A DNA stretch of 64,000 bases from Candidatus Latescibacterota bacterium (GCA_965204375.1 OZ241986.1:1312001-1376000); one strand, 5' to 3'. Positions 7,350-18,090 are shown, counted from the first letter of the stretch. Notes: a model not told the origin generated them from the sequence alone. A program made the numbers and translations.

Positions 7350-7677
7350 GGGTGAGGAGGTAACGGTGCTTCTCTTCCGCACGGTGAGGGAGTTGCTGAT
7401 CAATGTCGTCAAGCACGCCCGGGCACACAGCGTGAGGGTGTCGATCCGAAAAGATGGTAGCCGTATAAGGATTGAGGTCGAAGATGACGGGGTCGGATTT
7501 GACACTTCGCAAATCGATTTTGGCCGCACACCCGGCAAGGGGGGATTTGGTTTCTTCAGCATCCGGGAACGTCTAAATTTTTTGGGGGGAAATTTTCAAG
7601 TCGAATCCGAACCCGGCCAGGGCACCCGGGCCGTCCTGACGGCACCGCTGAAGCAGAATGGGCACCCCGGGACGTAA
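7350..7677 (+). pseudogene. Histidine kinase C-terminal HATPase_c part
   Basis: RELLINVVKHA, EDDGVGFD, GGFGFFSIRER and ESEPGQGT boxes; rejoins in frame with 1213-2624. Confidence 0.9.
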
Positions 7678-7856
7678 ACTGGCAGGAGGGAGAAGGGGCA
7701 TGCTGCAAAGGCTCATCCATTTCCCGATGTCAATTCAGGTATATGGAAGTACACTGCTGGGGTTTTACCCCATTGCGCTCTTTCTTTTGCATCCTTATTT
7801 TGACTCTACAAACGCGCGCTGTTGAAGCAGAATGGAGAATCCAAAGGAGATGTGCC

Positions 7857-8510
7857 ATGAGCATCCGGATTGTTCTGGCGGATGACCACAAGATCCTGCG
7901 TGCCGGGCTGCGTGCCATGATTGTGGAACAACCCGACATGGAGGTGGTGGGAGAGGCCGAGAACGGGCGGACGGCGGTAAATCTGACCCGTGAGCTGTCG
8001 CCCGATGTGGTCATCATGGATATCGGTATGCCCGATTTGAACGGTATTGAGGCCACCCGCCAGATCGTTGCCGAGGTCCCCAGTGTTAAGATCATAGGCC
8101 TGTCGATGTATTCCGACAGGCGGTACGTGGCGGGCCTGTTCGGCGCGGGCGCGTCTGGCTATCTGCTGAAGGATATCGAGTTCGAGGAATTGATCGAGGC
8201 CATTCAAGCCGTAGTTGAAGGCCAGGTCTATGTGAGTTCCGGGGTGACGGGCATTGTGATCGAAGACTATGTACACCGCGTATCGGGCACAAAAAATGGT
8301 GGTATTTCTGCGCTGACACCCCGGGAACGCGAGGTGCTTCAACTCCTGGTCGAAGGCCGATCCACGAAGCAGATTGCTTATGAACTTGGAGTGAGTATTA
8401 AGACCGTTGAATCACACCGTCACAGAGTGATGGAAAAACTGGATCTTCACAACATCGCCGATCTCACCAAATATGCGATCCGCGCAGGGCTGACATCCCT
8501 CGAAGTCTGA
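7857..8510 (+). CDS. NarL/LuxR-family response regulator
   Basis: LADDH, IMDIGMPDLNG, YLLK receiver motifs; LTPREREVL...KTVESHR HTH. Confidence 0.95.
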   Translation: MSIRIVLADDHKILRAGLRAMIVEQPDMEVVGEAENGRTAVNLTRELSPDVVIMDIGMPDLNGIEATRQIVAEVPSVKIIGLSMYSDRRYVAGLFGAGASGYLLKDIEFEELIEAIQAVVEGQVYVSSGVTGIVIEDYVHRVSGTKNGGISALTPREREVLQLLVEGRSTKQIAYELGVSIKTVESHRHRVMEKLDLHNIADLTKYAIRAGLTSLEV

Positions 8511-8552
8511 TCGCGCAGGGGCGCTGTGGACTTACCAGCAGGAGGTTACGCA

Positions 8553-11018
8553 ATGGGCAAGAGACGATTTGGTCTGTGTTCAACCGGGATGCTGGGAGCT
8601 TTGTTTATCCTGTCTCTCTGTTTTGCGCTGTCTGAGGCATCTGGGGCAAAGGAGGAGGTGCAGGTGCTGGAGGAGCGCATTAAGGCAGACCCAGACAGAC
8701 CGGGATTGTGGCTTGAGTTGGGGTATGCCCGCTTAAAGGCGGGAGAACTGAAGGGGGCCGAGAAGGCGTTTCTGACAGCGGAAAAAAAGGGGGAAGGTGA
8801 GATCGATGCGAGGGCTTACAACGGCCTGGGGTTGGTCTATGCGGCGAAACCAAAGCGGCTTCAGGCGGCTGTCGATTATTTTCAAAAGGCGCTGAGGAAG
8901 CAGCCGGATTACGCTGAGGCGCATTTCAACAAAGCGCAGACGTATTATCTCCACAACTGGATGTCGCATGCGATTCAGGCGGCAAAGGATGCGCTATCGG
9001 TCGATTCTACGTATGTGGCGGCACAGCAGTTGATTGACAAGTGCCGTGCAATCTCGGCGGAGGATGTGGAGAAATCAAAGAAGATGTACGAGAAATACCT
9101 GACGTCGGACCCGGAGGACTTAGAGGGCTGGTTGGAATGGGGTGGTTTGGCCGTAGCCGAAGGGAATTACGATCAGATTCTGACACGCCTGCCGGTTGTG
9201 ATTCGAACGAAGCCGGAGTGGCTGGACCTGTATCCGATTGTGGCACAGGCGTTTTGGAAGAAGAATTTGTTGGATCAGGCGTGGATCGGCTTTAGCAAGT
9301 ACGCGGAGGGACTGGAAGACGAAGAACGCGCACTGTACGAAGATGTGAGTCTGATTATGTGGGGGGATGAAGCCCGTCGGTTCCAGCGGGCGTCCGCAGA
9401 GGAAAAGCGGGCGATTGCAGCGCGTTTTTGGTCAGAACGGGATCCGGACTATAATACGCCGATCAATGAGCGGTTGTTGGAGCACTACCGCAGGGTATGG
9501 TATGCGCGGACTTATTTTTCCCGTTATAAGCAGCCGTGGGATCGCCGTGGGGAGGTCTATATCCGCTATGGAGAACCGGATCACCGAAGTCGTTCCAGGC
9601 AGCCAAGCCCGCCTCCTTCGATGTCTGTAAACGCGGTGAAGGAACGGTTTTTCAATATGCTCTACAGGGATCACTACATTTTGCTCGCCATGGGCGGTGG
9701 ATCGGAAATCCCGTACCTGGATCCCCTGGAAATAGATGAGGGGCTTCTGCCCGAGGATCAGGCGCTTTTGATGGAGACCGAGGGCGGATTGTACCAGGAG
9801 GCAACCACGATGAGGGGTGTGCAGTGGTTTGACGCGGTCACGGGCGGGCTGACCGGGTCGTTGGTGGGACCGGTATTTCCCATCCGCTCTTACGACCCCG
9901 GCGCTGTCTTCGGGCTTTATCTGCCCGTGGGAGCCAGCGATTTCAGCCTTGTGCCGTGGGAGTCGTGGACATATACGGGGGTGGCTGGGGGTATTGTGAT
10001 CGACTTTACCAGAGAGAGCGGCAAGATGGGGTTCGATTATGCGCCGATTCCAGAGTTGGGCAAGACTCCGGGGTTGCGGCATGGTACACAGGCCGGCATC
10101 GACGATATCCGGGCTATGAACGCCTTTACGCAACGGGCGCCGATATCGATTGCGCGCAGGTCGTTTGGGGCAGTGCCGGATCGGTATAAGGTTTCCGATG
10201 AGGACTTCCCCTTAGACTTCTACTTCGACGAGGCCAGGTTTCGAGGGCGGGCTGATACGGTTCGCGTAGAGGTCTATTACGGTGTGCCGATGTTCGAGGC
10301 GACTTACTCGCCAGCCGACAGCGCGACGGGACTGAGAGCGGCCTGCCGGATCGCGCTTGTCGGAAAAGCAGATGGAAAGGTTTATCGGTCCGGAAACGAA
10401 CTGGCCTATCTGGAGCCGGGAGATCGGACCGGGGGAACCGGGTTTATCCCTCAGGCGATCGCTGTGAATGTGCCTCCCGGTGAATATACCCTGGATGTGC
10501 GGATGGAGGACAGACTGAAGGGAGAGGTCGGTGCCTATCGCAAGCAGGTGATCGCAGAGCCGTATCCAGCAGGGCCGCTGAAACTGAGTGATATCCAGTT
10601 GGCCTGGAAGATATCTGCTGGGGATGAGCTGGGGCCGTTCTCCAAGAATGGACTGCAGGTGGTGCCGATGCCGACGCGGCTGTACAAAAAGGGACAGCCT
10701 GTTTTTATCTACTACGAGATCTACAATCTCAAGCGAAACGCGTTTGGGATGACCAGCTATACGGTGGAATACACGATTCGTTCGGGCAAACCGCCCGGGG
10801 TAATTTCGCGGATTTTTCGGGCGTTCAGAGACGAAGAGCCGGGCGAAAAGGTCGCGGTGGGGCAGGAGCAACTCGGCAGGCAGGAGACGCAGCACAGTTA
10901 TATCGAACTCGATTTGAATGAGGTGGTGCCCGGGGAGGTCGTACTGACGGTTTTGGTGAAAGACCTCAACGCGGACGAGACGGCTTCCAGTGAGGCGAGG
11001 TTCGAGATCAAGGAGTAA
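8553..11018 (+). CDS. TPR + GWxTD-domain protein, exported
   Basis: Signal peptide, TPRs, FWSERDPDYNTPINERLLEHYRRVWYAR and PWDRRGEVYIRYGEPD. Confidence 0.85.
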   Translation: MGKRRFGLCSTGMLGALFILSLCFALSEASGAKEEVQVLEERIKADPDRPGLWLELGYARLKAGELKGAEKAFLTAEKKGEGEIDARAYNGLGLVYAAKPKRLQAAVDYFQKALRKQPDYAEAHFNKAQTYYLHNWMSHAIQAAKDALSVDSTYVAAQQLIDKCRAISAEDVEKSKKMYEKYLTSDPEDLEGWLEWGGLAVAEGNYDQILTRLPVVIRTKPEWLDLYPIVAQAFWKKNLLDQAWIGFSKYAEGLEDEERALYEDVSLIMWGDEARRFQRASAEEKRAIAARFWSERDPDYNTPINERLLEHYRRVWYARTYFSRYKQPWDRRGEVYIRYGEPDHRSRSRQPSPPPSMSVNAVKERFFNMLYRDHYILLAMGGGSEIPYLDPLEIDEGLLPEDQALLMETEGGLYQEATTMRGVQWFDAVTGGLTGSLVGPVFPIRSYDPGAVFGLYLPVGASDFSLVPWESWTYTGVAGGIVIDFTRESGKMGFDYAPIPELGKTPGLRHGTQAGIDDIRAMNAFTQRAPISIARRSFGAVPDRYKVSDEDFPLDFYFDEARFRGRADTVRVEVYYGVPMFEATYSPADSATGLRAACRIALVGKADGKVYRSGNELAYLEPGDRTGGTGFIPQAIAVNVPPGEYTLDVRMEDRLKGEVGAYRKQVIAEPYPAGPLKLSDIQLAWKISAGDELGPFSKNGLQVVPMPTRLYKKGQPVFIYYEIYNLKRNAFGMTSYTVEYTIRSGKPPGVISRIFRAFRDEEPGEKVAVGQEQLGRQETQHSYIELDLNEVVPGEVVLTVLVKDLNADETASSEARFEIKE

Positions 11019-11038
11019 AGGGAATTTGTGTTGAGGCC

Positions 11039-11081
11039 GCGGGCTATGGATCGCGTTTTGATCTGTGCCCGCTTTTTTTTA
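11039..11081 (+). terminator. Putative intrinsic terminator between convergent genes
   Basis: gcgggc...gcccgc stem followed by a T-run. Confidence 0.55.
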
Positions 11082-13832
11082 TGGCGTTTGAAATACGCCC
11101 TGTCCGTATGTTCCGGCATATACCGTTTCGGGGCGCAAAGGGTGAATGGCCAGGGTGTAAACAAAGGTGTCTGTCAGTCCTGCGGGAATCCAGCTTCGCC
11201 CTCCATTGGTCGTTTTGTAGATACCGCCACCGGGGGTCGCGGCATAAACTGTCCGGGGGGTTGCAGGGTGGATAATAAGGAAGAGGATGCGTTTATTGGT
11301 CAGTCCTGTGTTGACGGGCGTCCAGAACATTCCCCCATCGACACTTTTGAATACACCGTCGTATGTCCCTGCGTAGAGGGTTTGTGGATGTGATGGATGG
11401 ATGGCGAGAGTTCGGACCTCTGTGTTGGTCATGCCAGCACTGGCGGGTGTCCATGATGCGCCTGCGTCGGTAGATTTGAATACGCCGTCCAGGGTTCCCG
11501 CGTAGAGGGTTTGTGGCTGTGCAGGGTGAGTAACGAGGGTTTGGACCTTTGTGTTTGTCAGGTCTGTGCTAGCCGGAGTCCATGATGCGCCTGCGTTAGC
11601 GGTTTTGAATACGCCGCCCAGGGTTCCCGCATAGAGGGTTTGTGGCTGTGCAGGGTGAGTAACGAGGGTTTGGACCTTTGTGTTTGTCAGGTCTGTGCTA
11701 GCCGGAGTCCATGATGCGCCTGCGTTAGCGGTTTTGAATACGCCGCCTGCAGTCCCGGCGTAGAGGGTGTGGGAGTTGGCAGGGTGGACAGTTAGGGAGA
11801 GAATCTTTGTATTCGCAAGTCCTTCGTCGGCTTTCCTCCATGATGCGCCTGCGTCGGTGGATTTGAATACGCCGCCCAGGGTTCCCGCATAGAGGGTCTG
11901 AAGATTTTCGAGGTCGGACACCAGGCAGATTACCCTCGCACCGCGCAGTCCTCGTTCCCGCCAGACTATCTCCTCAGTCCCGGTTTTGAAGATGCCGCCC
12001 AGGGTTCCAGCGTAAACGGTCCGAGGATTTTGGGGATCTACCGTCAGAGAGAGGGTGATCAGATGCGTCAGACCCGTGATGGTTCTTTCCCAGGTTGCTC
12101 CACCATCCGTGGTTTTGAAGATGCCTCCCCCCGTTCCGGCATAGACGGTTTGAGGGGCTTCGGGATCGATTGCCAGGGCAAAGACCCATTTCTGAGTCAG
12201 GCTGGTGCCGACGGATGCCCAGGTTTTTCCTCCGTCAATTGTTTTGAATAGTCCCTCGCCAGATGTTCCGGCATAGAGGGTCTGGGGACTTTCAGAATCG
12301 AACGCCAGGGCAAAAGTTTTCATACCCATATGTTCTATGTGGGTCCAACCCCCCTGGGAAGACATGTAAATACCTTCTGTTGTTCCTGCATAGAGGATCT
12401 GGGGATGGGCGGGGTGGACAGCCAGAGAGAGGACGCTGGTATGGGTGAGACCCATAGGTGACCATACCACGCCCCCATTTTGGGTTTTGAAGATGCCGCC
12501 AGCTGTTCCCGCATAGACTGTCTGGGGATCTGCAGAGTCGATCAACAGGGAGAGGATTTCCGTGTGGGTCAGTCCGGTATTGATCGCTGCCCAGGAACGC
12601 CCCCCACTGTCACTTTTGAAGACGCCGTTTCCAGCTGTTCCCGCATAGACTGTTTGGGGATTGATGGGATTGACCGCGAGAGCATAGACCCGGGTACCTA
12701 CCAGCACCGGTCGAGTCCAGGATGTGCCTCCGTCGATGCTTTTGAAGATGCCACCCGTTGCGCCGGCATAGACGGTCTGAGGGTCTGAGGGGACCAGTGC
12801 CAGTGCCTGGATATCCACATTTGTCAGTCCAGTATTGATATCTGTCCAGACCATTTCTCCGCTGGTGGTTTTGAAGACGCCACCTGCGGTTCCGGCATAG
12901 AGGGTCTGGGGATTTTGGAGGTCGGCTATCAGGGTATAGACGTTCAGGTCGGTCAGCCCTGCATGGTGCCAGGTCGCGCCTGCGTCGGTGGTTTTGAAGA
13001 TGCCGTGTGTGGTTCCAGCATATAGGGTGTGAAGATTTTGGGGATTGATTAGCAGAGAGAGAATTCTCGTGTGAGTCAGTCCTGAGGGAATCTCTGTCCA
13101 GGTGGTTCCCGCATCGGTGGTTTTGAAGACGCCACCTGTGGTTCCGGCGTAGAGGGTGTGGGGATTTTTGGGATCGACTGTGAGGGCATAGACGTTCAGG
13201 TCGGTCAGTCCTGCCTGGTGCCAGATCGCACCTGCATCTGTGGTTTTGAAGACGCCGTGTGTGGTTCCGGCATAGAGGGTGTGGGAATTTTTGGGATCAA
13301 CTGTGAGGGTATAGACGTTCAGGTTGGTCAGCCCTGCACGGTGCCAGGAGATTCCTGCATCTGTGGTTTTGAAGACGCCGCCTGTGGTTCCGGTGTAGAG
13401 GGTGTGAGAATTTTCGGGATCGACTGTGAGGGCATAGACGTTCAAGTTGACCAGTCCTGTGTTGATGGCCGTCCAGACAGATCCTCCACTGGTGGATTTG
13501 AAGATGCCGCCACCTTCTGTTCCCGCATAGAGGGTCTGGGAATGCGAGGGGTCAAATACAAGAGAAGAGATATTGTTATTGGTTATTCCCGCATTGACGG
13601 GCAACCAGATTGCCCCCCTGTCGGTGGTTTTGAAAATGCCACCACCTTTTGTTCCAGCGTAGAGGATCTGGGGATGCGAGGGAGTGATGACAAGAGCCGA
13701 AACTGTTCCGCCGTAAGGCCCCTTGTTCGCCCAGAGGATGTCTCCGGCGGCATTTCCGCACAGGGTAAGGCACAACAGGATTATCCCCGCTGTGTTCGCA
13801 GGAAGACAGGTACGGTCGGGTGTCATTGTCAT
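11079..13832 (-). CDS. Exported BNR/Asp-box beta-propeller repeat protein (21 repeats of ~41-44 aa)
   Basis: Repeats of TLYAGTxGGVFKTTDAGxxW counted by hand; N-terminal hydrophobic signal; ATG 13832 after AAAGGA. Confidence 0.85.
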   Translation of the reverse strand: MTMTPDRTCLPANTAGIILLCLTLCGNAAGDILWANKGPYGGTVSALVITPSHPQILYAGTKGGGIFKTTDRGAIWLPVNAGITNNNISSLVFDPSHSQTLYAGTEGGGIFKSTSGGSVWTAINTGLVNLNVYALTVDPENSHTLYTGTTGGVFKTTDAGISWHRAGLTNLNVYTLTVDPKNSHTLYAGTTHGVFKTTDAGAIWHQAGLTDLNVYALTVDPKNPHTLYAGTTGGVFKTTDAGTTWTEIPSGLTHTRILSLLINPQNLHTLYAGTTHGIFKTTDAGATWHHAGLTDLNVYTLIADLQNPQTLYAGTAGGVFKTTSGEMVWTDINTGLTNVDIQALALVPSDPQTVYAGATGGIFKSIDGGTSWTRPVLVGTRVYALAVNPINPQTVYAGTAGNGVFKSDSGGRSWAAINTGLTHTEILSLLIDSADPQTVYAGTAGGIFKTQNGGVVWSPMGLTHTSVLSLAVHPAHPQILYAGTTEGIYMSSQGGWTHIEHMGMKTFALAFDSESPQTLYAGTSGEGLFKTIDGGKTWASVGTSLTQKWVFALAIDPEAPQTVYAGTGGGIFKTTDGGATWERTITGLTHLITLSLTVDPQNPRTVYAGTLGGIFKTGTEEIVWRERGLRGARVICLVSDLENLQTLYAGTLGGVFKSTDAGASWRKADEGLANTKILSLTVHPANSHTLYAGTAGGVFKTANAGASWTPASTDLTNTKVQTLVTHPAQPQTLYAGTLGGVFKTANAGASWTPASTDLTNTKVQTLVTHPAQPQTLYAGTLDGVFKSTDAGASWTPASAGMTNTEVRTLAIHPSHPQTLYAGTYDGVFKSVDGGMFWTPVNTGLTNKRILFLIIHPATPRTVYAATPGGGIYKTTNGGRSWIPAGLTDTFVYTLAIHPLRPETVYAGTYGQGVFQTP
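11503..11747. repeat. Two identical 116-bp segments with 129-bp period inside the propeller gene
   Basis: 11503-11618 equals 11632-11747. Confidence 0.85.
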
Positions 13833-14136
13833 CCGTCCTTTACTGGATGATGTAGAGGGGCAGACATGGACGGCAATATAATGTACGGTCACCTGTAAAA
13901 TCAAGCTCTGCACAACAAATTATCCATTCCCTGATATCACTTCAGGTTTTTGGAACCGCACAATCAGGGTTTGTCCCAATTGTGCTTTTATTTTTTTGAT
14001 TGTAATTTATGCTTAGGAATTTTAGAAGTTTATCTAACCACCTAAAAGGAGGGATGAATGAAGGAAATTGCGAATACGTGGTTGTTTTGAGGGGATTTGT
14101 CATATTTCATACCTGCATGCAGGAAGGAGGATAGCT

Positions 14137-14856
14137 TTGAATAAGAAAATATGGGTTGCATTTTTAACCTGTGTGTTTCTTCTGACCGCCATCTCAATGG
14201 GGGAAGCGCAGGAAAGTGGTCGCAAATGGGGGGTGGGGACCTTTTTATCCCTTAACGCCCCAATGGGCCGCCTGGGGGACCAGTTTTCTCCGTCGAGTAA
14301 GTTTGGTATGAACTGGCAGTATATGCTCAACCAGAAACTTTATCTCGAGATGGAGTATCACCGGTCGGAGTTTAGCCACGGGAAGCTGGAGGAACAGACG
14401 TTTACCTGGTCGGTGGATGGGAAGGAATATTTGAGTCCGGAGGCATCTACGCAGATGAATTTCGACGGTGGAGCTGTAAATCTGCTGATTTTCCATCAGG
14501 GTGCGCCGTCGCTAAAGGGAGGTGCTTTCGCGTATTATTTCCAGGTGGGAGGCGGGTATTATCACTATAAGGTGGAACGCCGAAATTTCATCTTCCCGGG
14601 GCAGAAGCAAGAGCCGCTGGATCCGACGCTGGTGCTGCAGCCGCAGGTTGACTCGAAGACAGCACTAACGTTAAACGCTGGGTTCGGTATTCAGGCATTT
14701 GCGATAGACAGAATCGCGCTGGATCTGCGAGCGCGTTATAATGTTTTGATGGGCGAAGTGCGGCCGATGTGGGACTGGGGCATCGAAAACAAGACCTTCC
14801 CGATGATGCTACTGGACATCGGGGCAGGGGTGAAGTTCTACTTCTGGAAGGAATGA
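14137..14856 (+). CDS. Outer-membrane beta-barrel protein (OmpA-like barrel)
   Basis: TTG after AGGAGG; signal peptide; alternating beta pattern; C-terminal GAGVKFYF. Confidence 0.7.
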   Translation: MNKKIWVAFLTCVFLLTAISMGEAQESGRKWGVGTFLSLNAPMGRLGDQFSPSSKFGMNWQYMLNQKLYLEMEYHRSEFSHGKLEEQTFTWSVDGKEYLSPEASTQMNFDGGAVNLLIFHQGAPSLKGGAFAYYFQVGGGYYHYKVERRNFIFPGQKQEPLDPTLVLQPQVDSKTALTLNAGFGIQAFAIDRIALDLRARYNVLMGEVRPMWDWGIENKTFPMMLLDIGAGVKFYFWKE

Positions 14857-14871
14857 AGGGAGGACTAAACA

Positions 14872-17800
14872 ATGAGCAGAAGATTATATATTCTGGCAGG
14901 AATTTTTACTCTGGTCGCTGCTTTGGGCCTGACGGACGCTTTCGCGGGGTCAACGGGTAAAATCTCAGGACGAGTTGTCGATGGGAAAGGCGAACCACTG
15001 CCCGGGGCCAATGTCGTGATCAAAGACAGCAGGCAGGGTGCCACCGCCGATGCGGAAGGCCATTACGTGATCCTCGCAGTAGATCCTGGGACCTACGAGT
15101 TGGTCGCGTCCTTGATCGGGTATAACACGGTGACGAAGCAGGGCGTGCAGGTTTCGGTCGATGCTACAACGCCGCTGGATTTCGATTTGCAAGAGCGGAC
15201 GATTGAGGCTGAAGAGATAGTGGTCCAGGCGGAGGCCCCGCTGGTAGAGCGGGATAAGACTTCGACAAAATATACCGTGTCGGCAGATGAAATCCGGCAG
15301 GCGCCGATTATCAGGACGACCTCCGAGTTCATCTCTTTGTTGCCTGGTGTGGATATGGGGGGAACGTTTTCGGTGCGGGGATCGGATTACGCCCGGGCAG
15401 TACAGCCGGTTATCTGGGCGACTTCGGGCTATAACAGCGCCGATGTCTATGTGATCGTAGATGGAGTGCGCGTTCCCCGGGGCGACGGCAATAGCGCCGG
15501 CCTGTTCACGGGAGTGAACAAGAGCGCAGTACAGCAGATGTCGGTGGAGACGGGCGTGGCGCCGGCCGAGTATGGCGATGCGAAGGCGGGTTCAATCAGC
15601 ATTGTGACGCGGGACGGGGGGAAGGAGTATCACGGGTGGACGGAGATAACTTATGAACCTGCGGGGAAGAAGCACTGGGGGGCAGATATCTACGACGCCC
15701 CGGCACACAAAGACAATATGAAGTGGGACGACCCGGAGTGGGTGCGGGAGATAGACCCACAAACGGGCCGGGTTATCCACGTTAGAGAGAACTACACCGG
15801 TTACCACGGGGCTGTGCTGGAGGGCAGTCTGATGGGGCCGATTGGGTCGAAGGCGTCATTTGTGGTCTCGCAGAAGCACGAGCGACGGGCGCCTGTTTAT
15901 CCGGATGCGGAAAACCACGGTTTCTACAGCGATTCTCAGCGCGGGCGCTTTATTAATGCGCCAGACAATATCCAGGGATCTGGCAATATCACCTTCAGGC
16001 CCAGCCCAAACACGAAGCTCAAAGTCGGCCTGGTCCTGCAGCACTTTACGGCGTACAACGGCGAGGTAAACAACCGCAACTACGGTGCTCAGGGCTTTAT
16101 CCGCAGCAACAGGTCGAGCAGGGCTGGGCTCCGCAATTTGTTCTTGCCGAAGCAGTGGTCGGCGGGGGGGCGGTACAAGTTTCAGGAAGATCTGGAATAT
16201 CTGACGTTCACACACACCATTTCGCCCAGGACCTTTTACGAAATACGGATTGCCCGCAGCCAGACGAGCCAGGATACGATTGAAGCCCCCGCTTTTACAA
16301 CACAGCCCCGACTGGACCAGGATAGGTGGTTCTACATCGACCGAGATGTGGCGATGTGGATCGATTCGAAGCGGACGCGGTGGAGCGTGAAGGGTGACCT
16401 GTCCAGCCAGATTACGAAAGGCAACCTGGTGAAGACCGGCTTTGAGTTGATCCGGTGGGATGCGCGGTTTGTCCAGTACGGGTCGCGATCTGCGACGGAT
16501 CACTGGATCTCATTTTATTCGGGCGGGGATGAACCCTGGCGGAACGGCAGCCCTGCCAGTCCGATTCGGGGTGCAATCTATGTACAGGATAAGATGGAGT
16601 TCGAGGGGATTGTCGTGAATGCGGGAGTGCGCCTGGATTTCGAGAAGACGACGCACGAGGAACTGATCAGCGCGCCGTGGCTGGGGATGCCGATGTGGTA
16701 CTGGTACACCACCCGCAGCCTCGCCTATGGCGAGGGAAGTGTGCCGTCGGGCTTCGAAGCGTCGGGCAAGTTTGCACAGACACCGCCGTGGCGGTTCCAC
16801 TTAAGTCCTCGTCTGGGGATTTCGCATCCGATCACAGACCGGATGGCGATGCATTACTCGATAGGGCAATTCGTGCAGTGGATTGACCTCTTCCAGATGT
16901 ATGCGAAGGCGTACCGGAATTACGGTCTGCTGGGGACAGATGGAGATCCCAACTGGCAGGATCTGAACAAAAATGGCGTGAGAGATCCTGCTGAGGAGTG
17001 GACGAATCTGAGGCCCAACGCGAGTGGGATCGCTGGCGATCCACACGAGGCTCGCGCGGAGAAATCCATGACGTTTGAGGTAGGTGTGGACTGGAATTTT
17101 GTGTCTGATTACGCGGCTTCGATGACGGTTTTCTATCGCTCTGACACGAACCAGTATTCGTCCGATGGGTCGTCTATGTCCATCGCCGGAGGACGCGGTG
17201 GGGCGATCCGAGGTGCCGCCAACAGCTATTTGCAGTGGAACAAGGGCCTCGAGTTGGCACTGGGGAAGCGGATGAGCAACTACTTCTCCTTCCGCCTCGC
17301 CTGGTATCTGCAGTGGGGGACAAGGGGCTGGGCAGGTCGGCAGAACTCGAGCCGCTGGGAGTACCCGGACTCGAACTTTGTGGCCAGCGCGGAGTACTGG
17401 CGGTTTACCGACGTGGCGTCTGATGGATCGCGAGTACCCGTTGTTATGACGCAGTCAGATATCGAAAAATTCGGGCGCAGCCAGGAGAATATCGCACGTA
17501 GCTTCACTCGGCGATATGCAAACGACGACCTGTGGTTCTTCGGACAGATGCCCGAAGTGCAGGATATGGATGTAGTTGCGTACCGGCGCATGAACTCGCG
17601 GGGCGGTGTGCGCTACGGCCCGATGAGGAACTACGGGGCGATTGGTGCCAGTCGCACGTCGCAGGCGAACCTGCAATTTGTGGTGAATACGCCTTCGGAT
17701 GTGAAATTCGGTCCCTCTTTCCTGAGTTGGCTGGTGAGCGACCTGAATGCGAACCTGCTCTGGAGGTTGCGTTCGGGCAGTCGGGTCAACTGGACACCGC

Positions 17801-18090
17801 CTGGCTCGCCGAATCGACGGACGGACCGGGGGCCAGTGGATGCGTCAACGGACTTTTCTATGGAAAAGACCTTTAATTCCGGTGGTCGAGTGCGGCCGTC
17901 GTTCTTTATCGAGATCCGCAATGTGTTCAATGATAAGGCCGATACGGGTGGCGGGCAGAACTACATGCGGTGGGGGCTGCAAATGGCACCGCCCGATAAC
18001 AGCGACTTTATCAATTACGGCGATTTTGGCGACCGGAGCTACTTCCGTGCGCCAAGGCGGACGAATCTGGGCTTCCGGGTGGTCTTTTAA
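14872..18090 (+). CDS. TonB-dependent receptor with carboxypeptidase-regulatory-like N-domain
   Basis: GKISGRVVD..GEPLPGANV, plug PAEYGDA, YVQDKMEFEGIVVNAGVRLD, SPRLGISHPITD, terminal Phe. Confidence 0.9.
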   Translation: MSRRLYILAGIFTLVAALGLTDAFAGSTGKISGRVVDGKGEPLPGANVVIKDSRQGATADAEGHYVILAVDPGTYELVASLIGYNTVTKQGVQVSVDATTPLDFDLQERTIEAEEIVVQAEAPLVERDKTSTKYTVSADEIRQAPIIRTTSEFISLLPGVDMGGTFSVRGSDYARAVQPVIWATSGYNSADVYVIVDGVRVPRGDGNSAGLFTGVNKSAVQQMSVETGVAPAEYGDAKAGSISIVTRDGGKEYHGWTEITYEPAGKKHWGADIYDAPAHKDNMKWDDPEWVREIDPQTGRVIHVRENYTGYHGAVLEGSLMGPIGSKASFVVSQKHERRAPVYPDAENHGFYSDSQRGRFINAPDNIQGSGNITFRPSPNTKLKVGLVLQHFTAYNGEVNNRNYGAQGFIRSNRSSRAGLRNLFLPKQWSAGGRYKFQEDLEYLTFTHTISPRTFYEIRIARSQTSQDTIEAPAFTTQPRLDQDRWFYIDRDVAMWIDSKRTRWSVKGDLSSQITKGNLVKTGFELIRWDARFVQYGSRSATDHWISFYSGGDEPWRNGSPASPIRGAIYVQDKMEFEGIVVNAGVRLDFEKTTHEELISAPWLGMPMWYWYTTRSLAYGEGSVPSGFEASGKFAQTPPWRFHLSPRLGISHPITDRMAMHYSIGQFVQWIDLFQMYAKAYRNYGLLGTDGDPNWQDLNKNGVRDPAEEWTNLRPNASGIAGDPHEARAEKSMTFEVGVDWNFVSDYAASMTVFYRSDTNQYSSDGSSMSIAGGRGGAIRGAANSYLQWNKGLELALGKRMSNYFSFRLAWYLQWGTRGWAGRQNSSRWEYPDSNFVASAEYWRFTDVASDGSRVPVVMTQSDIEKFGRSQENIARSFTRRYANDDLWFFGQMPEVQDMDVVAYRRMNSRGGVRYGPMRNYGAIGASRTSQANLQFVVNTPSDVKFGPSFLSWLVSDLNANLLWRLRSGSRVNWTPPGSPNRRTDRGPVDASTDFSMEKTFNSGGRVRPSFFIEIRNVFNDKADTGGGQNYMRWGLQMAPPDNSDFINYGDFGDRSYFRAPRRTNLGFRVVF

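Noticed and set aside
11400-13700. Regularly spaced repeats that could suggest a CRISPR array
   Set aside because: 123-132-bp in-frame coding repeats with no unique spacers and no cas genes
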